DNA of 64,000 bases from Prorocentrum cordatum (Eukaryota). Both the position numbers and the translations under genes were made by a program. Location of the stretch: positions 1-64,000 of the forward strand of contig CAUYUJ010000134.1 in NCBI GenBank assembly GCA_963575745.1, read 5' to 3'. The notes below the pieces were generated by a model. It searched no databases. It saw only the letters and a list, made by a program, of their open reading frames with translations, and was not told where the DNA came from. Shown piece by piece: positions 33,767 through 46,290 of the stretch (position 1 is the first letter of the stretch; each line of letters begins with the position of its first letter).

Positions 33767-36700
33767 CGCCCCATACTCAGTTTCCCCTTTCCTCCTCCTC
33801 CTCCCACACATGTTTCAATGGGGCTACCGAAATTCACTTTTCCGCGACAAAGTGGCCAAACATTCTCGAGGAACACCCAACAGCGCCGCGAAGAACCCAA
33901 GAGGCGCCACAGGGACCCTCAAAGGGCGTCCAAGACACCAGCTGCGAGGCCAAAAGGCCCTCCAGGAAGGCCAGATGGTTACAATGCATACGGCATTCCC
34001 TAGGTCCTGCAAACTTATGCGTTTCCCGAACATGTCAGCTCAAGATGTTTGGCAGACGGCCTGGGCGAAGCCAAGGGGAGGCCAAGCGCGCAGCACGAGG
34101 TCCCCAAGAGGTCCCCCCAGACGGCCCAGGGCAGCCCCAGGATGGGCCCCAGACGGCCCAGGGCAGTCCCAGGATGGGCCCAGGAGGGGCGCAGGACAGA
34201 TGAACAGGGCCCAAGAGGGCCCCAAGAGACGCCCCCATGACAGCCTTAAGAGACTCCCCAAGCGGCCGAGAGTTGAGCAGTGACCGACCGTCTCAGTTGG
34301 ACTCTAAGCCTGGCCAGAAAAAGTCCTAGAACCAAGCATGATATCATAACATAAACAATGTGCTTAGAACAATTGGGGGTCCGATCGCGTTGACGTCGGC
34401 TGTATGCAACCGCGAAAACTCTTTGGGTGGGCCAGAAATGCCCCCGCCAAGGCTCCGCTCTGGGGCCCAAAAAACAATATGTTTAGAACATGTTGGAAAT
34501 GTTCCGAACATGGTTGTTCTGGACGCGCTTCCCGCATAGAGCAAATGTTCCAAGAATCTCCACTGGAAAATGTTCCGGGCTAATGTTTTGGGCCATTGGT
34601 TTTTATGTTCCGGGCCGGTGTTTTTTTCTGATGCGAGCGTGCCGCCGCAGCCTGGGGCGGCACGCTGGTGTCCGAAAGAGGACGGGCCCGCACCACGTAG
34701 TCGGACATGCCGTGCTGCGCTGTTCTAACCCCCAGAAGGTTCTAAAAACATGTGTTGGTAGACCTACAAAATGCCGGGACGCGCCGCCATTGTTCGACGA
34801 ACCCTCACTCCTCAGGATCGAATACATCCCCAGGCCGAATTTTTCCTCGTGGATGAAATATGAGAACACCGATGGATCCAATTGAACCCCCCCTGTGGTG
34901 GACCGTCCTGAGGCCATCTTGGGCCGTCTTGGAGGCCTCTTGGGCAGTCTTGGGGCCCCCTCGAAGGCCTTCCTGGGGCCCTCTTGGAAGCCTCCTGGGC
35001 TGTCGTGGGACGAAATTTGGAGCCTCTAGGGCCGTCTTGGAGCCTCGGGAAACCGAAAAGGTGAGAACACCACAATCCATCAAAAACCTAAAAAGGGGAT
35101 CAGTGACTTTTGCTTCCTAGGGCCCTTTTGAGACGCTTCTTGGAGGCCTCTGTGGGCGTCGTGGAGGCGTCTGCGGCCATGTGGAGGCCATCTTGGGCGT
35201 CTTGGACCGATCGGGAAGCGACCCAGAGACATCTTGAGGACAGCTTGAAGCCTTCTTGGGGCGTTCTGGGGCGCCGGACAACCGCGCCCAGGCGGAAAAC
35301 CATCTCTGACGGGACCGTCCCAGTGTACTTCTCGCCCAGGGACCCCCAGGGGCCGCCCCACGCGCGCGAAGTAGAAATATTGTTTACCAATTACAGGAGG
35401 TCTTGGCGCGCCTCTGGCCCGTTGGGCCGGCGAATTTTCCGGGAATATACATAAAATAATGACTCACATCCTGGACCCACTGGAAACCGGATCCGCGGGG
35501 CACCGCACGTGAAGCATCATGCCATCCACGGAACCGTGTATCTGCTGACCAAAGCTATGATTCTACGAGGGAGGGGGGGTCTTCCAAGGACGGCTAGGGG
35601 AAGGAGGAGGGAGGAGGCACGAGGAGAGGGGAGGAGGGGAGAAGGGACGGGAGAAGGTAAGAGAGAGGAGGAACATTCAGGGAGGAGGTGGGGGGGGAGG
35701 AAAAAGGGGAGGAGGAGCAAGAGGGAGGAGGGATGCGGAAGGAGGAAAGGGGAGGGAGGAGGCGGGGGGAGGAGGGGGGAGGTGGAAGGAGGAGGGAGGA
35801 GGGAGGACGGGGAGCAGGAGGACAGGCAAGCAAAGTGTCAAAATCGGAATATCGAGCACCACAGCGAGCCGGGCCTCCCCCCTCAGCCCCTCCCATAACA
35901 TGTGGTTGCTCGAGCGCCACACCGGGCCTGGCCATCGCCCGAAAAATCCTCCCATGACATAAGGTTGCTCGAACGCCACAACGGGCCTGGCCAACTCCCG
36001 CATTTCCTCCCATATCATATGGCATGCCCAAAACCGAAGAGAGTGCCACACATGTATCCGCTCATATGAACGGCACTTCGCTTCCGACATTCGCGGCTCA
36101 AGCGGAAAACCTTTCGGCCTGCGTAAGTACTCACAGCCCCGGACCGCAAACTCCCAAAATCTCCCAAGCTCCTGGCGTGCTTCCAGGGGCTCCCCCCATG
36201 TTGTCACTTGCCCTTTTCTGGGCCAAGAGGGCCCCAAGACGGACCAAGGAGAGGGCCCCAAGAAGCTCCCATGACGGCCAAAGAGGGCCCAAGAGCTCCC
36301 GTAGAGCGTTTCCTCTTCCAACCTCAATTTCTTCCGCTTCGGGGAGGAGTTTACCTCTCCCTCTTCCCCCCCACCCCCGGGTCTGCACTGGGCGCCCCGC
36401 AAGCGGTCAGAGCGTCCAAGATGACCCAAAATTGCTCCAAGAGGGCCTTGGAGAGCCCAAGATGGCCTCCAAGATGGCTCAGGATAGCGCAAGATCGCTC
36501 CAGATGGCCTCCCACATGCTCTAAGAGGCCCCCCAAACCAATCCAAGACGGGCCCAAGTGCTATTCAATGCTCTGCAATGCTCACACAACGCCATGCTAT
36601 GCAATCCCATGAAATGCTACGGAATGCTACATAATGTTATGCAAAGATATGCAATGCTACGGTTACAATGCAATTCAAATGATGTGTCATGCTACGCATG

Positions 36701-37026
36701 CTCTGCAATGCTACGCAATACTATGCGACGCACTGCTGCATGACGCAGTGGCGTACCATGGACTGCTTGGGCATATGACGAAACGTCGCAGATAGGCAAG
36801 CCTAGCGGTACGGTATCAGAGTGTTAGTGCGATTGTGATTTCGCATGATCCTGCCGTTGTTTCCTGTGGATGTCTGAACACCGAGCTGTGGGGGGCCCGT
36901 GCAGAATCTACCCGACATGCATTCTGTACGCGGCTGGGCGCTGTTGGCCACCGCTGTTGGCCCTGACCTTCGCGGGCACGAGACCTCGCCAGAGGAGCGC
37001 GGGGCAAAAGCATCCGCTGCGCAGGG

Positions 37027-37809
37027 CTAGCAATTGCCGCTGGCCTGCACTCCCCCATCAGGCCTCATGGGCCCAACGCTATCCTTCAGGTAGCATTCAC
37101 CGTTGTTGGTCACAGTCCAGCCCTTGCATTGGCCCCTGGAAGCCTGGCACCTCACCTTGCAGAACTCTGCGTTCTGCACTTGGATCGGGCCCTCGTAGTT
37201 GTGCCCATCGTTGTTCTGCTGGTTCTGCTGGTCCCCGCAGCTGGGGTAGCAGTAGCCGCTGCCCTGAACGCCCGCATCGCTCTGCATGTCCCCGACGCTT
37301 GTCTTCAGGTAGCACTCGTTGTTGTTGGTCACGGTCCAACCCGTGCACTTGTTGCTCCCGCTCATACCGCACAACCGCTTGCAAGTCTCAGTGTCGGTGT
37401 TGACGATCGGGCCCTCGTAGTTGCTGCCCCAGTTGTTGTTCCCATTCCAGGTGCCCCCGCAGTAGTACGAAGGTCCGGAGCTGAGGCCTCCCTGTTCACT
37501 GCCGCACACCCGAGTGGAGCAACTGCTGTCCCAATCAGATTGCGTGTTGTAGTACTGGTGGGCCTTTCCAGGGCCGCAGTTCGGGCCTGAGCACTCCACG
37601 TGGCAACCGGGGGCATACATGCGGTTGTTCCAGTCCGTGCCGCAGTCGCTGCACTCCCCAGCCGGCCACCAGCAGCAGAAACTGCTGCAGTCTGACGCAG
37701 ACGCGAGCGAGGTGCTGTTTGCCGCGTAGCCTCGGAGCTGCCGAGCGGACGGCCCCATGTCCGCCGACGCCACTGCAGCGAAGCCGATCACCTGCATCGC
37801 ACGCGCCAT
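37027..37809 (-). CDS. Secreted Cys-rich PAN/apple-domain protein (copy 9), 260 aa
   Basis: Intact ORF, CCWW type like copies 1-3; variant ASRG. Confidence 0.85.
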   Translation of the reverse strand: MARAMQVIGFAAVASADMGPSARQLRGYAANSTSLASASDCSSFCCWWPAGECSDCGTDWNNRMYAPGCHVECSGPNCGPGKAHQYYNTQSDWDSSCSTRVCGSEQGGLSSGPSYYCGGTWNGNNNWGSNYEGPIVNTDTETCKRLCGMSGSNKCTGWTVTNNNECYLKTSVGDMQSDAGVQGSGYCYPSCGDQQNQQNNDGHNYEGPIQVQNAEFCKVRCQASRGQCKGWTVTNNGECYLKDSVGPMRPDGGVQASGNC

Positions 37810-38935
37810 GCTGTCACAGCGGGTCTCTGGCAAGCTGAGCACAAACGGGGCGCGAGTAGAGAACTGTGACCTGGAGCCTTGAGCCTACAGCCGAAACGGA
37901 TCGATATGAGCGCGTCAGTTGGGCGAATCATGGTGCCAAATGTTTGAACACGCCGCAGATACATTATCAGCGGAGCAGAAGACAGTACGTGATGTGATGA
38001 CAACCGGCTCGGTTTTGCTACAGCCTCCTCCAAGTGAAAAGCCGATTTCTGCAAATATGGCCTTCTGCTCAGGCCCCCACCTCTTCCTCCCATCCGAATT
38101 TTTTGCTCTGGCGAGGGCTTCGATTGGAGCCGTAGCTGGAGATCCGCATGATCCGCGTGAGTGGTGTGCCGAAGTGGGCGGGGCCCCGCATGTGGACGCG
38201 CCCACTGGGGCCGCTGGTGAGCTCCCTGTGAGGCACGATCCGCGTGAGGCATGTGCCGAAGTGGGTCGAGGGCGGCATGCGACGGCGCCCACTGGGGCCG
38301 CAGGTGGAGCTCCTTGTGGTGCACGATCCGCGTGAGGCGTGTGCTGAAATGAGCGGGGGGCGGCGTGCGACGGCGCCCACTGGGGCCGCAAGTGGAGCTC
38401 CCTGTGGGTGCACGGCCAGCCTCCGGGGCCGCTCAGGGGCGTCCGGGGACCCTCGGGACCTCTGGGAGCGCCCGGGGGTCAGGACGCGGTCGCCGTCGGG
38501 CAACTCGGGGCAACTGGAGGGCCCTGGACTGGAGGGCCTCTCGATGGCCTAAGGCGGCCTCGTCGCGGCCCCGCGTGAGCCCCCAGAGAAAACCGTCCAA
38601 CGGCTAGGAGGGCCCTAAAAAGGCCCAAGAGCCCCTGAGGAGCCCCACGTTGGCCCACCGTTGCTCTACCTCAAACATGGGTCCTCACCAACCCCCCCAC
38701 GAGTCCTCAAACATGAGTCCTCAGCCTCATGCTCCTCATCTAATTTTCTCAACGTTCTCCTGCTCATGTACCCCGTCATCCTTCCTCCTCCTCGTCCTTA
38801 CTCGTCCCCCTCATCTTTAGCCTCGTGATTCTCTCGCTACTCCGCCTCTTCATCATCATCATCGTCATCATCACGCCACCTACCCCAGTTTCCCCTTTCC
38901 TCCTCCTTCTCCTCCCTCCTTCCCACCCACATGTT

Positions 38936-39149
38936 TTTTTACACGTCGATAGCGGACGGCGCACGTAACACTGTCTGGGAAAATGTATGACCAGCGGTCC
39001 GTTCAGAGTCCGCGAACATAGGCGCGAGGAATTCGAAATTCCACTCTGGGAGCACTCCGCAAGGTCGCCAGGATCTCTACGCAGAGCTGGATGACGCAGC
39101 GGGTGCATGGGGAACCGTCCCTGAATGGGGACGCACAGTCACCTCTCCG
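38936..39149. other. ~215-bp unique insertion in the last, diverged spacer
   Basis: Splits the consensus catgttt|caatggggc; GTTT at both ends and a T7 run at the left end. Confidence 0.5.
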
Positions 39150-39935
39150 GTTTCCATGGGGCTACCGACGTGCACTTTTCTGCGACAAGGTTGCCAAGCG
39201 TTGTCTCGGGGAACACCCAACAGCGCCGCAAAGAACCCAAGAGGCGCCACAGGGACCCTCAAAGGGCGTCCAAGACACCAGCTGCGAGGCCAAAAGGCCC
39301 TCCAGGAAGGCCAGACTGATGGTTACAATGCATACGGCATTCCGTAGGTCCTTCAGGCTTGTGCGTGAACATTTCGGCTCAAGATGTTTGGCAGGCGGCC
39401 TGGGCGAAGCCAAGGGGAGGCCAAGCGCGCAGAATGAGGCCCCCAAGAGGTACCCCCAGGCGGCCCAGGGCAGCCCAAGGATGGGCCCGAGACGGCGTAG
39501 CAGGGGCGCGGGACCGACGAACAGGGCCCAAAAGGGCCCCAAGAGGCGCCCCCATGACAGCCCCAAGAAACTCCCCGAGCGGCCGAGAGTTGAGCAGTGA
39601 CCGACCGTCCCAGTTGGACTATACGCCTGGCCGGAAAAGGTCCTAGAACCAAACATGTTCTCAGAACATAAAAGAAATATCCGGGCGAAGGACCGAACCA
39701 TATACAGTTGTGGGTACCGCAATTGTGAATATTTTCTTCGGTGAAACGCCTTATGGGGGGGCCACGAAGCGCGGCACTGGGCGGGGGGGAATGCATGCGG
39801 CCGGAAGCACTGGGGCGGTCGGTGGAGCTTCCTATTGGGGCCACGAAACGCTGTACTGGGTGGGTGAAAATGCCAATTGGGTGTGTGGAACGCATGTGGA
39901 CCGTCCCACTGGGGGCTTCGGTGGAGCTCCCTATG

Positions 39936-40293
39936 ACAGACAGACAGACCGACGCCATGCACAACATAGGTGCGTTGGCAGAAGTTGTGAGACATACTAG
40001 ACAATTGGGTGAAACGGCAAGCGTGCTAAGCATAGGAGGAGGAGGAGGAGGAGGAGGGAGGGGACTGAACAGCTATAGCGGCTGAAGGCAGAAGCGCTTT
40101 GCGCGGGCGCGCCATGCCATCCGGCCTTCCTGCCATATCTGGCGCAGGGCGTCTTTGCCGCCAGCTAATTCGCACGCCATGCTAAAAACACAACGCGTCC
40201 ACGTATTTCTTGGTCTGCCACGCTTGCGGCGCCCGCCCTGGCGGGCCAAATCGGCGGCGCCCGCCCAGGCGGGCCAAATCGGCGGTGCCGGGC
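39936..40293 (-). mobile_element. 5'-truncated RTE-like LINE 3' end
   Basis: GRRKRGRPRNTW...AWRARAK C-terminal motif, (CTGT)n tail, 13-bp direct repeat GGAGCTCCCTATG at 39923-39935 and 40294-40306. Confidence 0.7.
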
Positions 40294-40899
40294 GGAGCTC
40301 CCTATGCCGCCACGAAAAGCTGTACTGGGTGGGTGAAAATGCCAAATTGGGCTTCCGGGGCGCATGCGGTCCCACTGGGGGCTTCGGTGGAGTTCCCTAT
40401 GGGGCCACGAAACGCTGTACTTGGTGGGTGAAAATGCCAAATTGGGTTCTGCGGACGGTCTCACTGGGGGCTTCGGTAGAGCTTCCTGTGGGGCCACGAA
40501 ACGTTGTTCTGGGTGGGTGTAAATGGCAAATTGTGTATGCGGGACGCATGCGGACGGTTCCACTGGGGGCTTCGGTTGAGCTTCCTATGGGGCCACGAAA
40601 CGTTGTACTGGGTGGGTGAAACTGCCCAATTGGGTGTGTGGGGGACGCATGTGGGCGGTCCCACTGGGGTTTTCGTTGGAGCTCCCGATTGGGGCCACGA
40701 AACGCTGTACTGGGTGGGTGGATGGGCGACAATGTCAAATTGCGTGTGCGGGACGCATGCTGGCGGTCCCACTGGGGGCTTCGGTGGAACTCCTAATGGG
40801 GCCCCGAAACGCTGTACTGGGTGGGTGAAACTGCCAATTGGGGTGTGCGGGACGCATGCGGACGGTCCCACTGGCCACGAAACGCTGCGATGGAGCTCC

Positions 40900-41495
40900 C
40901 TATGGGGCCACGAAACGCTGTAGTGGGTGTGGCGCACGCATGTGGCCACCCCCACTGGGGCCTTCGGTGGAGCTCCCTATGGGGCCACGAAACGCTGTAC
41001 TGGGTGTGGCGGACGCATGTGGCCACCCCGATTGGGGCCTTGGGTGGGGCTCCCTATGGGGCCACGAAACGCTGTAGTGGGTGTGGCGGACGCATGTGGT
41101 ACCCCCGCTGGGGCCTTACGTGGAGCTCCTTATGGGGCCACGAAAAACTGTACTGGGTGTGGCGGACGCATGCAGTACCCCCTATTGGGGCCTTACGTAG
41201 AGCTCCCTATGTGGCCACGAAACGCTGTATTGGGTGTGGCGGACGCATGTGGTACCCCCACTGGGGCCTGACGTGGAGCTCCCTAAGGGTCAACGAAGCG
41301 CTGTACTGGGTGTGGCGGACGCATGTGGTACCCCCACTGGGGCCTTACGTGGGGCTCCGTATGGATCCACGAAACGCTGTACTGGGTGTGGCGGACGCAT
41401 GTGGTACCCCCATTGGGGCCTTACGTGGAGCTCCCTGTGGGGCCACGAAACGATGTACTGGGTGTGGCGGACGCATGTGGTACCCCAACTGGGGG
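40900..41495. repeat. 76-77 bp minisatellite (about 7-8 copies)
   Basis: Unit ggggccacgaaacgctgtactgggtgtggcggacgcatgtggtacccccactggggccttacgtggagctccctat. Confidence 0.85.
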
Positions 41496-42314
41496 GGGCA
41501 CGGGAGGAAGAGACGCGAGGACCGTTTCTTCAAAACGAGGACCCAACACCACAGGATGGTTGGGAAAAACAATGTTCTTAGAACAATTGGGGCTCCGATC
41601 GCATTAGCTATCTGCAGCCGAATCATCTTTATTATGTCCTGGGAGGACGCAGAAGCTCCAAGGAGCCATTCATCATTCCTGGAGTTGCTATGCCATGGCA
41701 CCATTGCGTTCCGTTCGTTCCCGACCAGCCTGTTAACCAGTTCTGGCGTCCCCTTTGGCCAAGCTGTGTTCGAGACATCCCAGTAGATCTCCACCAGGAG
41801 CTGGGCATCCAGGAATGCAGGAATAGAATGAGCTACCCTGGAGTTGCTTCCGAAGCGTTTCTGACGTGGTGCCTAGGACGCGCGAGAGCTCTGCGCACAC
41901 TGGCAGCGCAATTGCGACGTGGCGAAACCAGACGAGATACGCTGGAGTCTCAAGCGTGGCGCCACGAGGAACACTGATCTGCCTAGGTCGTCCAAAAAGC
42001 GGATAGCCTTGAGTCGCCCAGCAAGATGTCCTTTGGAGCGTGTGCGAGAGCGCTTGGATAACGTTTCGGACACATATGGGGCATCCGAAGAGACCAACGG
42101 GCGTTGAGATCCACCACCGTACCTACGGCATCTAGACGAGCAACCAAAGGTCCTGATGGTCCGTCCTGGTACAATACTTCGACGGTCCAACGGTCAGCAA
42201 ACATGTTAGACCTGGGCCTGCACGGGTACGGAAAGAGCGATTCAGAAGATTGTCCGAGAGGTTTCATGGAACCATTCGGTTTTGGGAACGTTGGCGTTAA
42301 GAGATGATTCGCGT

Positions 42315-42790
42315 CCCCATTCGCTCTTAGGAGCCTTGGCGCTGAGATTTGTTTACGTCACCATTCGCTCTTGGGAGCCTTGGCGTCAATAGCTTTGTAC
42401 GTCACCATTCGCTCTTGGGAACCTTGAAATGAGGGGTGGGTACATCTCTGTTCGGTCTTGGGAGCATTTGTGATTAGAGCTGCTTACGTCACCGCTCGCT
42501 CTTGGGAGCCTTAGCGTTAAGAGCTTTGCTCTTGTGTGCCTGTTCGTTAAGAGCCGTTACACCACCACTCGCTCTTGAGAGCCTTGATGTGAACCGTGTT
42601 CGTGGCATTTCGCTAGTGGGAGCATTGGCACCGAGAGCTTGTTACGTCACTACTCGTTCTTGCGAGCCTTGGCATTCAAAGGTCTCTACGTCACCGACTC
42701 GTGCGAAAAAGGCCCTCGGCCCCCTGGAGCTCTTGGAGGCAGTCCGTCACTCGGCCGTCCGGGGGCGGGAACCTTGGCGTCAAAGCGGTG
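42315..42790 (+). repeat. Degenerate ~44-bp tandem repeat (cgtcaccgttcgctcttgggagccttggc...) of an interspersed repeat family
   Basis: Same unit at 43705-43790, 46490-46700 and 49165-49275; reverse complement at 46960-47615. Confidence 0.8.
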
Positions 42791-43899
42791 TCCGTAAATG
42801 GGCCGTCCTGGAGCCCTCCTGGGGGGGGCTCTTGGAACGCTCCTGGAAGAATATTGAGAGCCTGTGGGGGATGTTTTGGGAGCCTTTTTGGCCCGTCTTG
42901 GGTGCCCCATGAAGGCCGCCTCCCGGGCAGTCTTGGTGCCTCTTGGGCCGTCTTGGAGCCCTCCTGGGTCGTCTTAGGTGTTTCTTGGGCTGTCTTGGAG
43001 CTCTCTGGTCGCTCTCTTGGGGCTCTCTTGGGGCTCTCTTGGGCTCTTGGGCCATCGTAGGACCCTCTTGGGGCCCTCTGGGGACGTCTTAGAAGCCTCA
43101 TGGGCTGTCTTGGCACCCTCTTAAGCCGTCCTAGGCTATATTGGGAGCCTCTTGGGCCGTCTTGAAGCGATCGCGGAGGCCCCTGGAGCTGTATCGTCTT
43201 GTCAGAACCCCGAGAAGGAGAGAAAGCCCAAATCCTTCCAAAACCAAAAGAAATCCATGCCTCTCGGGGCCCTCTTGAAATTTCTTGGCGCCCCTTTGAG
43301 GCTTCTTGGAAAACTCTTCGGCCGTCTTGAAGCCCTCTTGGCCCCACTTGAAGCGCTTTTGGACCGTCTTGGAGCCCTCTTGAGCCTCTCAAAGGCCGTC
43401 TTGCGGTCTCTCAGGCCGTCGTGTGGCCCGCTTGGGCAGTCTTTGGAGCCTCTCAGGCAGCTGTCGGCACACACTTGGGCATTCTTGGGAGTCTGTGGGG
43501 TGCTCGTGGGGCCCACTGCGGCTATCATGGGGGGGAGAGGGCGTGTTACACAAGGTTCTCCGCTCCTTCTCCCCTCCCCTGGAACCCCTCCCTGGAGGCT
43601 GCTCTCCCCACCAGAACGTCATCGCTCGCACCTGGTTCTCTCCGTCAGCTGGGCCAGCACGGGTACGGAAAGAGAGCTTAAAGAAAATGTCCGAGCAAGC
43701 CCATGGCACTGTTCGGTCTTGCGAGCCTTGGCGTTAAGAAATAATCATGACACCGTACGCTCTCGGGAGCCTTGGCGTTGAGAGCGTTTTTCCCCACATG
43801 CTTCGTGGGGTTATGGTTTTCTTCCCACCCGCGCCGCACCCGCGTCTCACCCACACCCGCCCTCCTCCCCTCCTCCTCCTCCTCCCCCTCCTCCTCACG

Positions 43900-44295
43900 C
43901 ACACAGCACAGCGCAGCGCAGCGCAGCGCAACGCAGCACAGCACAGCACAGCACATCACAGCGCAGCGCACACAGCACAGCACAGCACAGCACAGCACAG
44001 CACAGCACAGCACAGCACAGCACAGCACAGCACAGCACAGCACAGCACAGCACAGCACAGCACAGCACAGCACAGCACAGCACAGCTTGGAACGTGCGGC
44101 ACATTCTCGACGCCATTGGGGTCGTCCACGGCACAGCAGGCGTGGCAGCGTTGTACAGCACACCTGCACAGCACAGACCAGCATAGCACAGCACAGCACA
44201 CCGCAGCACAGCACGGCACGGCACAGCACAGCACATCGCAGCACAGCTCAACACAGCATAACACACAGGGCAGGCGCGCAGGGCACGGCACGGCA
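43900..44295. repeat. (CAGCA)n pentamer microsatellite
   Basis: Perfect core at 43970-44086 with degenerate flanks. Confidence 0.95.
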
Positions 44296-44299
44296 GAGC

Positions 44300-46290
44300 G
44301 TGGCAGGGGTGGCACTTCCTCGACACCACAGGGGGTGCGCAGGGGGTGGTCCCTGAGCTCGGCCGCTATGCACGACGGTTGTCCAGGCACAGCAGGCGTG
44401 GCACTTTCTCGACACCACAGGGGGTGCGCAGGGGGTGGTCCTTGAGCTCGGCCGCTATGCACGACGGTCGTCCAGGCACAGCAGGCGTGGCACTTTCTCG
44501 ACACCATGGGGGTGCGCAGGGGGTGGTCCCTGAGCGCAGCCGCTATGCACGACGGTCGTCCAGGCACTGCAGGCGTGGCACTTTCCCGACACCAGAGGGG
44601 GTGCGCAAGCGGTGGTCCCTGAGCTCGGCCGCTATGCACGACGGTCGTCCAGGCACAGCAGGCGTGGCACTTTCCCGACACCACAGGAGGTGCGCAGGGG
44701 GTGGTCCCTGAGCGCGGCCGCTATGCACGACGGTCGTCCAGGCACAGCAGGCGTGGCATTCTCTCGACACCACAGGGGGTGCGCAGGGGGTGGTCCCTGA
44801 GCTCGGCCGCTATGCACGACGGTCGTCCAGGCACAGCAGGCGTGGCACTTTCTCGACACCACAGGGGGTGCGCAGGGGGTGGTCCCTGAGCTCGGCCGCT
44901 ATGCACGACGGTCGTCCAGGCACAGCAGGCGTGGCACTTTCTCGACACCAGGGGGTGCGCAGGGGTGGTCCCTGAGCTCGGCTATGCACGACGGTCGTCC
45001 AGCACAGCAGGCGTGGCACTTTCTCGACACCATAGGGGGTGCGCAGGGGGTGGTCCCTGAGCTCGGTCGATGCACACGACGGCCGTCCAGGCACAGCAGG
45101 CGTGGCACTTTCCCGACACCAGAGGGGGTGCGCAGGGGGTGGTCCCTGAGCTCGGCCACTATGCACGACGGTCGTCCAGGCACAGCAGGCGTGGCACTTT
45201 CTCGACACCATAGGGGGTGCGCAGGGGGTGGTCCCTGAGCTCGGCCGCTATGCACGACGGTCGTCCAGGCACAGCAGGCGTGGCAATTTCTCGACACCAT
45301 AAGGGGGTGCGCAGGGGGTGGTCCCTGAGCGCGGCCGCTATGCAAGACGGTCATCCAGGCACAGCAGGCGTGGAACTTTCTCGACACCACAGGGGGTGTG
45401 CAGGGGGTGGTCCGTGAGCGCGGCCGCTATGCACGACGGTCGTCCAGGCACAGCAGGCGTGGCACTTTCTCGACACCATAGGGGGTGCGCAGGGGGTGGT
45501 CCCTGAGCTCGCCGCTATGGACGACGGTCGTCCAAACACAGCAGGCGTGGCATTTTCTCGACACCACCGGGGGTGCGCAGGGGGTGGTCCCTGAGCTCGG
45601 TCGATACGCACGACGGTCGTCCAGGCACAGCAGGCGTGGCACTTTCCCGACACCACAGGGGGTGCGCAGGGGGTGGTCCCTGAGCTCGCCGCTACGCACG
45701 ACGGTCGTCCAGGCACAGCAGGCGTGGCACTTTCTCGACACCATAGGGGGTGCGCAGGGGGTGGTCCCTGAACGCGGCCGCTATGCACGACGGTCGTCCA
45801 GGCACAGCAGGCGTGGCACTTTCCCGACACCACAGGGGGTGCGCAGGGGGTGGTCCCTGAGCGCGGCCGCTATGCACGACGGTCGTCCAGGCACAGCAGG
45901 CGTGGAACTTTCTCGACACCAGAGGGGGTGTGCAGGGGGTGGTCCCTGGGCTCGCCGCTATGCACGACGGTCGTCCAGGCACAGCAGGCGTGGCACTTTC
46001 TCGACACCATAGGGGGTGCGCAGGGGGTGGTCCCTGAGCTTGCCGCTATGGACGACGGTCGTCCAGGCACAGCAGGCGTGGCACTTTCTCGACACCACAG
46101 GGGGTGCACAGGGGGTGGTCCCTGAGCTCGGCCGCTATGCACGACGGTCGTCCAGGCACAGCAGGCGTGGCACTTTCTCGACGCCACAAGGGGTGCGCAG
46201 GGGGGTGGTCCCTGAGCGCGGCCGCTATGCACGAGAGTCGTCCAGGGCATAGCAGGCGTGGCACTTTCTCGACGCCACAAGGGGGTGCGT
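44300..46290. repeat. 89-bp tandem satellite, about 22 copies
   Basis: Unit gggggtgcgcagggggtggtccctgagctcggccgctatgcacgacggtcgtccaggcacagcaggcgtggcactttctcgacaccaca; spacing 44612/44701/44790/44879. Confidence 0.95.

Larger units (their letters stand above)
39675..41566 (-). mobile_element. Helitron2/Helentron-like non-autonomous element with internal ~76-97 bp minisatellite
   Basis: Interrupts spacer consensus aacataa|acaatg at an A/T run. Terminal hairpin cccaacacca..tggttggg next to A5; matching subterminal ccgaaccat ~17 nt from the other end. Confidence 0.6.

Noticed and set aside
44300..46290. 89-bp array as CRISPR or as a coding repeat
   Set aside because: The whole unit is repeated with no unique spacers, and 89 is not a multiple of 3, so the ORFs are artefacts.
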